DNA of 64,000 nucleotides from an uncultured Acidobacteriota bacterium (GTDB lineage Bacteria; Acidobacteriota; Thermoanaerobaculia; Multivoradales; UBA5704): NCBI GenBank assembly GCA_963770895.1, contig CAVYRF010000002.1, positions 3,616,001 to 3,680,000 of the forward strand, read 5' to 3'. Shown piece by piece: positions 59,956 to 64,000 of this stretch (position 1 is its first letter; each line of letters starts with the position of its first letter). The notes under the pieces were generated by a model. It saw only the letters and a program-made list of their open reading frames with translations, ran no database searches and was not told where the DNA came from. The position numbers and the translations under genes were made by a program.

Positions 59956-60846
59956 TCAACCCTCCGTCCCGGAGACGGGGGCGTGAGCCGGCGGCTGCAC
60001 GGTCGGCACCAGATCCTTGCGGGGCTGGGCCGGCGGCAGCGCGCGCAGGTCCTGCCGCAGCTTGTCGAGTGCCACGGGCGAAGGGTCCTTGAGCGCTTTG
60101 TGGGCCAGCGAAACCTGGCCGGCGGTGACCTGGCCGTACCAGCCCAGGTTGACGTTGGCGCCGTTGGACGGGTCCTTGTAGCCGCCGACCAGCAGCTCGC
60201 TGCCCTTTTGCAGCACCGGGTTGCCGCTGGCCGCCACGTTGCACAGGCGGACGGCGCCCAGGGAGACGTCGCCGTGGTAGTCCAGGAAGGTCACCTGGGC
60301 CAGGCCGCCCAGCTGCTTTTCGGGGTCGTTGAGCACCTCTTCGACCTGCATCGTGACCAGCGTCGCCGGAGCCGTCATGTTGGGGACGAAGCCGGCCTGG
60401 GCGGAGAGCACCCGGCCGACGAAGGCGACCCCGGTCTGCTGCACGACCTGGGCGAGCGTCATGGACGCGGGCGCCGACGGCTGATAGCCCTCGCCGGCGA
60501 CGTCGCCGTGACAACCGTTCCAGGCGCCGCCCCACTTGATCTTTTCTGCCAGGGTGCTGCGCAGGTACGCCTCCTGGGTGGCGTTGAGGCCGAGTGGCGA
60601 AAGATTTGCAGTCTGGGGATTGGACCAGTCGATCTTGGCGAGCGTCCCCGACGGCACGAAATAGACCTCTTTCTGGCCGGTCGCGGGCGCCGTGATCCAG
60701 AGCACTTGCGCCGGCGCTGCCGGCACGGCCGCCGCCTGGCCCTGAGGTGGGGTGGTGGCACCGAGCGGCAGCGCGCCGACGGCGAGGAGGGTGAGCAACG
60801 ACGATCTTTTGACCCAGGCGCAGCCGGGTCTGCCCAACGCTTTCAT
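59956..60846 (-). CDS. Secreted hypothetical protein, possible TIMP-like/OB-fold domain
   Basis: SD GGAGG, signal peptide; TLAQVVQQTGVAFVGRV...TLVTMQVEEVL...GDV...PVLQKGSELLV. Confidence 0.65.
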   Translation of the reverse strand: MKALGRPGCAWVKRSSLLTLLAVGALPLGATTPPQGQAAAVPAAPAQVLWITAPATGQKEVYFVPSGTLAKIDWSNPQTANLSPLGLNATQEAYLRSTLAEKIKWGGAWNGCHGDVAGEGYQPSAPASMTLAQVVQQTGVAFVGRVLSAQAGFVPNMTAPATLVTMQVEEVLNDPEKQLGGLAQVTFLDYHGDVSLGAVRLCNVAASGNPVLQKGSELLVGGYKDPSNGANVNLGWYGQVTAGQVSLAHKALKDPSPVALDKLRQDLRALPPAQPRKDLVPTVQPPAHAPVSGTEG

Positions 60847-60937
60847 CAGACACCTCCGTAATCAGTTTGATACGGACCCCTGTGTCGGCGCCAGCACCAG
60901 CTGCCGACGCCGTAAAACTGCACATCGATTGTCTATA

Positions 60938-60966
60938 ATCATACTGACGATGGCATCATATGTCTA
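60938..60966 (-). promoter_or_regulatory. sigma70-like promoter for the secreted protease operon
   Basis: Minus strand TAGACA-N17-TATGAT in an AT-rich intergenic region. Confidence 0.6.
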
Positions 60967-61424
60967 CTGATTGTCGATAAAGAGCTGTTCGGCTCTCTGG
61001 ATGTCTGTTCATTGCAATTTCTATCTTGCCGATTGAGCGTATTTCGCTAAGCGATCGATGACGCTTAGCTAAAACTCAGCTGTGGCAAGCAAGAGCGAAA
61101 GCTCTAAATGGAAGCACACCACTGAGCTGGCGGCCGTCCCGGTCGGACCGCGGCGCCCGGGGCGGTGCGACCGCGCGTGGCGGGGCGGTGGGCGGGCGTG
61201 CGCGCTGACGTCGCCGTTCAGGGTTCGCGGTTGGGAGCGATCTTTCATATAGATGATCGATATCGCTGGCGGCGAACAAGGTGGCGCTTTTGCAACGGTT
61301 TCATGGCGTGGCGGCGGGGCGCGTCCCGAATTTGGCGTTGACCACACTTGTCTAGTGACCGCGTGGATGTCCTTGCTCCCCCGGTGTGATCAGAAGGCAT
61401 TCAACCGCTGAATTCGAGACCATC

Positions 61425-64000
61425 GTGACTTCGCCTGTGCAGAAGCTGTACGTGTTGTCGCCGTTGCAGCTGGGGCTGCTTTTTCACAGCCTGCGCGCAC
61501 CGGCTGCCGGTCTGTATGTGGATCAATTGCAGCTCGACCTGGCGGGCGAGGTGGACGCGACGGTATTGCAACAGGCTTGGCAAGCAGTTGTCGCGCGCCA
61601 TGACGTGTTGCGCACCTCGTTCCACTGGCAGGGCCTGGACAAGCCCCTGCAGGTCGTCCATCCCGCGGTGGAGCTGCCGTTTTCAACGCTCGACTGGCGC
61701 GGTCTGGAGGCGACCGAGCGGGAGCCGCGGCTGGCGGCGCTGGCCGACACCGACCGGCGGCGGGGCTTCAGCCTGGAGCGGCCGCCGCTGCTGCGGCTCA
61801 CCCTGGTGCGGACCGGCAACGCCAGCTCCGTGCTCCTGTGGACGCAGCATCACCTGCTTTGCGACGGCTGGTCGATCGGCGTGCTGCAGCGCGAGGTGGC
61901 GGCCTGCTACCGGGCGCTGCGCCGCGGCGAGGCGCCGCGGCTGGCGCCGCCGCGGCCGTTCGGCGAATACATCGCGTGGCTGCGGCGGCGCGACGATGCG
62001 GCGGCGGAGGCGTTCTGGCGCCGCCGCATGGCCGGGGTCGAGCCGCCGGCGCTGCCCGGCGTCGGCCTGCCCGCGGCAACGGATGCTGTTGCCGCGGCGG
62101 CGCCCGCGGCGGGTGCGGCGGGTGCGCCGGGTGCGCCGGCGGCCGAGCCGGATCACGACGAGTGCGAGCGGGCGCTGACGTCGGGAGTCACCGCGGCGCT
62201 CAACGCCTTTGCCCGCCGCCACCGGCTGACGGTCAACACCGTCTTGCAAGGGGCCTGGGCGCTGCTCGCCGGCCGCCTGAGCGGCGCCGGCGAGGTGGTT
62301 TTTGGCGCCACGGTGTCCGGGCGCCCGGCGGAGATCGCGGGCATCGACGCGATGGTGGGGCTGTTCATCAACACCCTGCCGGTGCGGCTGCGGATCGACG
62401 AGGCGGCGCCGCTCGCCGGCTGGCTGCAGGGCGTCCAGGGCGAGCAGGCGGCGGCTCTCCCCTTCCAGCACAGCTCGCTCGCCGAGATCCAGCAATGGAG
62501 CGGCGCCCCCGCCGGGCAGCCGCTGTTTGAAACGCTGCTGGTGTTCGAGAACGTGCCGGGAGTCGTGCCCACGTCCGGGCAAACTGCGGCGGCGAACCAG
62601 GCGGCGGACGACCTGGGTGTCGTCGGGTCGCGCTACGTGTCGCGCACCAACTTCCCGCTGGTGCTGATGGTGATTCCGGGCGAGCAGCTGGTGGTGCGCG
62701 CGATCTTCGACCGCCGGCGCCTGGCGCCGGCCGCGGCGGGCCGCCTGCTGGACCGGCTGACCGACCTGCTGGCGGCGCTGCCCGGCCTGGGCGAGGCGAC
62801 GCCGGTCGCGGCGGTGCCGGTGCTGCGGCCTGAAGAGATCCGGCAGCTGGCGGCGCTCGCCAACGACACCGCGGTGGACTACCCGCGCGACGCCACCGTG
62901 GCGGAGCTGTTCGCGGCCGTGGCCGCGGCGGATGCGGAGCGCATCGCCCTGGACTTCGACGGCGTGAGCGTGAGCTACGGCGAGCTGGCGGCCCGCGCCG
63001 GACGGCTGGCGGCGCGCCTGCGCCGCCTGGGGGTCGCCGTCGAAGAGCGGGTGGCGCTGTGCGTCGAGCCGTCGCCGGAGCTGGTCGTGGGCATGCTGGG
63101 CACGCTGCTCGCGGGGGCGGCCTACGCGCCGCTGGACGCGGCGCACCCGCGCCGGCGTCTGGCACAGCTGCTGGAGGACCTGGGGCGGCCGCTGCTGTTG
63201 ACCGCCGGCCGCGCCGCCGCGACGGCCGCGGCGCTGGCCCCCGCCTGCCGCTCCCTGGTGCGGATCGAGGAGGCCGCGGTGCCGCTGCCACCTTCGCAGA
63301 GCGCCGCCGGCATGCCGCGGGCGACCCTGGCGGCGGCCCCCAGCGCGGGCGGCGGCGGCGAGCGGCTGGCGGCGGTGCTGTTCACGTCGGGCTCGACCGG
63401 GCGTCCCAAGGGGGTGATGGTGACCCACCGCGGCATCGTGCGGCTGGTCCGCGGCGACGGCGCCGTGACCGCTCTGCGCGCCGCCCGCGTCGCCCAGCTG
63501 TCGAACGTCGCCTTCGACGCCCTCAGCTACGAGGTGTGGGCGCCGCTGCTGGCCGGCGGCTGCCTGGTGGGCGTGCCGCGGCAGGTCGCCCTGGCGCCGG
63601 GGGACCTGGCGGCGCGGCTGCGGCGCGACCAGATCAGCGCGATGTTCCTGACCGCCGCCCTGTTCAACCAGGTGGCACGCGAGGCGCCGGCTGCATTTGC
63701 CTGCGTGGACCAGGTGATCGCCGGCGGCGAAGCGCTGGACCCGCGCTGGATCTCCGAGGTTCTGCGCCACGGGCCGCCGGCGCGCCTGGTCAACGGCTAC
63801 GGGCCGACCGAAAGCACCACGTTCGCCACCACATACCTGGTGACGCAGGGGTGGCAGGACTCGATCCCGATCGGCTATCCCATCGCCAACACCCGCGTGC
63901 ACGTGCTGGACGGCGCCTGGCGCCTGCTGCCGATCGGCGCCACCGGCGAGCTGGCGATCGGCGGCGACGGCCTGGCGCGCGGCTACCTGGACCGCCCCGA
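61425..64000 (+). CDS. Non-ribosomal peptide synthetase (C-A..., truncated by window)
   Basis: GTG start (or 61386); LSPLQLGLLFHSL, RHDVLRTSF, HHLLCDGWS, VGLFINTLPVR; A domain FTSGSTGRPKG, FDA, NGYGPTE, GELAIGGDGLARGYL. Confidence 0.93.
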   Translation, partial: MTSPVQKLYVLSPLQLGLLFHSLRAPAAGLYVDQLQLDLAGEVDATVLQQAWQAVVARHDVLRTSFHWQGLDKPLQVVHPAVELPFSTLDWRGLEATEREPRLAALADTDRRRGFSLERPPLLRLTLVRTGNASSVLLWTQHHLLCDGWSIGVLQREVAACYRALRRGEAPRLAPPRPFGEYIAWLRRRDDAAAEAFWRRRMAGVEPPALPGVGLPAATDAVAAAAPAAGAAGAPGAPAAEPDHDECERALTSGVTAALNAFARRHRLTVNTVLQGAWALLAGRLSGAGEVVFGATVSGRPAEIAGIDAMVGLFINTLPVRLRIDEAAPLAGWLQGVQGEQAAALPFQHSSLAEIQQWSGAPAGQPLFETLLVFENVPGVVPTSGQTAAANQAADDLGVVGSRYVSRTNFPLVLMVIPGEQLVVRAIFDRRRLAPAAAGRLLDRLTDLLAALPGLGEATPVAAVPVLRPEEIRQLAALANDTAVDYPRDATVAELFAAVAAADAERIALDFDGVSVSYGELAARAGRLAARLRRLGVAVEERVALCVEPSPELVVGMLGTLLAGAAYAPLDAAHPRRRLAQLLEDLGRPLLLTAGRAAATAAALAPACRSLVRIEEAAVPLPPSQSAAGMPRATLAAAPSAGGGGERLAAVLFTSGSTGRPKGVMVTHRGIVRLVRGDGAVTALRAARVAQLSNVAFDALSYEVWAPLLAGGCLVGVPRQVALAPGDLAARLRRDQISAMFLTAALFNQVAREAPAAFACVDQVIAGGEALDPRWISEVLRHGPPARLVNGYGPTESTTFATTYLVTQGWQDSIPIGYPIANTRVHVLDGAWRLLPIGATGELAIGGDGLARGYLDRP

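Noticed and set aside
55339-60861. 1840-aa plus-strand ORF and similar long ORFs (4635-7289, 9416-11944, 48652-50802, 61683-63902)
   Set aside because: Antisense shadows of real genes in high-GC DNA, with no recognisable motifs
61075-61126. Confident c-di-GMP-I riboswitch call
   Set aside because: Second stem and tetraloop receptor not recognisable; kept only as a weak finding
1-64000. tRNA, rRNA, integrase or relaxase genes
   Set aside because: None recognised by eye; tRNAscan and HMM searches were not run

Overview
High-GC chromosomal window from a bacterium whose gene content (Ser-type sulfatase-like, YfhO/AftB-like GT-C proteins, PIG-L, DUF885, DUF5715, PD40-M28-PDZ) suggests Acidobacteriota, perhaps Thermoanaerobaculia; this is inference only. 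Left end: a P-type T4SS operon trbBCDEJLFGI (trbI cut by the window edge) with its own sigma70 promoter and palindromic operator. No trbK, coupling protein or relaxase is visible, and the operon is bordered by a ~39-bp tandem array that copies the 3' end of the next gene. Next come a giant GT4-GT4-methyltransferase-coiled-coil protein with a sulfatase-like partner and many housekeeping/secreted genes (MFS, ECF sigma module, S9 peptidase, BNR propeller, apaH, PIG-L, MsrPQ-like pair, FHA-GAF adenylate cyclase, orphan wzt, S1 protein, M28 peptidase). The most striking locus is a 1570-aa SIR2-CHAT-STAND ATPase-TPR protein, an NLR/Avs-like receptor with two intact effector enzymes and six near-identical 129-bp repeats, beside a frameshifted RelE/ParE toxin-antitoxin pair. 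Right end: a putative TIMP-like/metzincin-Ig/YfhO operon diverging from an NRPS (C-A, truncated). All calls come from reading motifs by eye; no searches were run, and start codons are best estimates.
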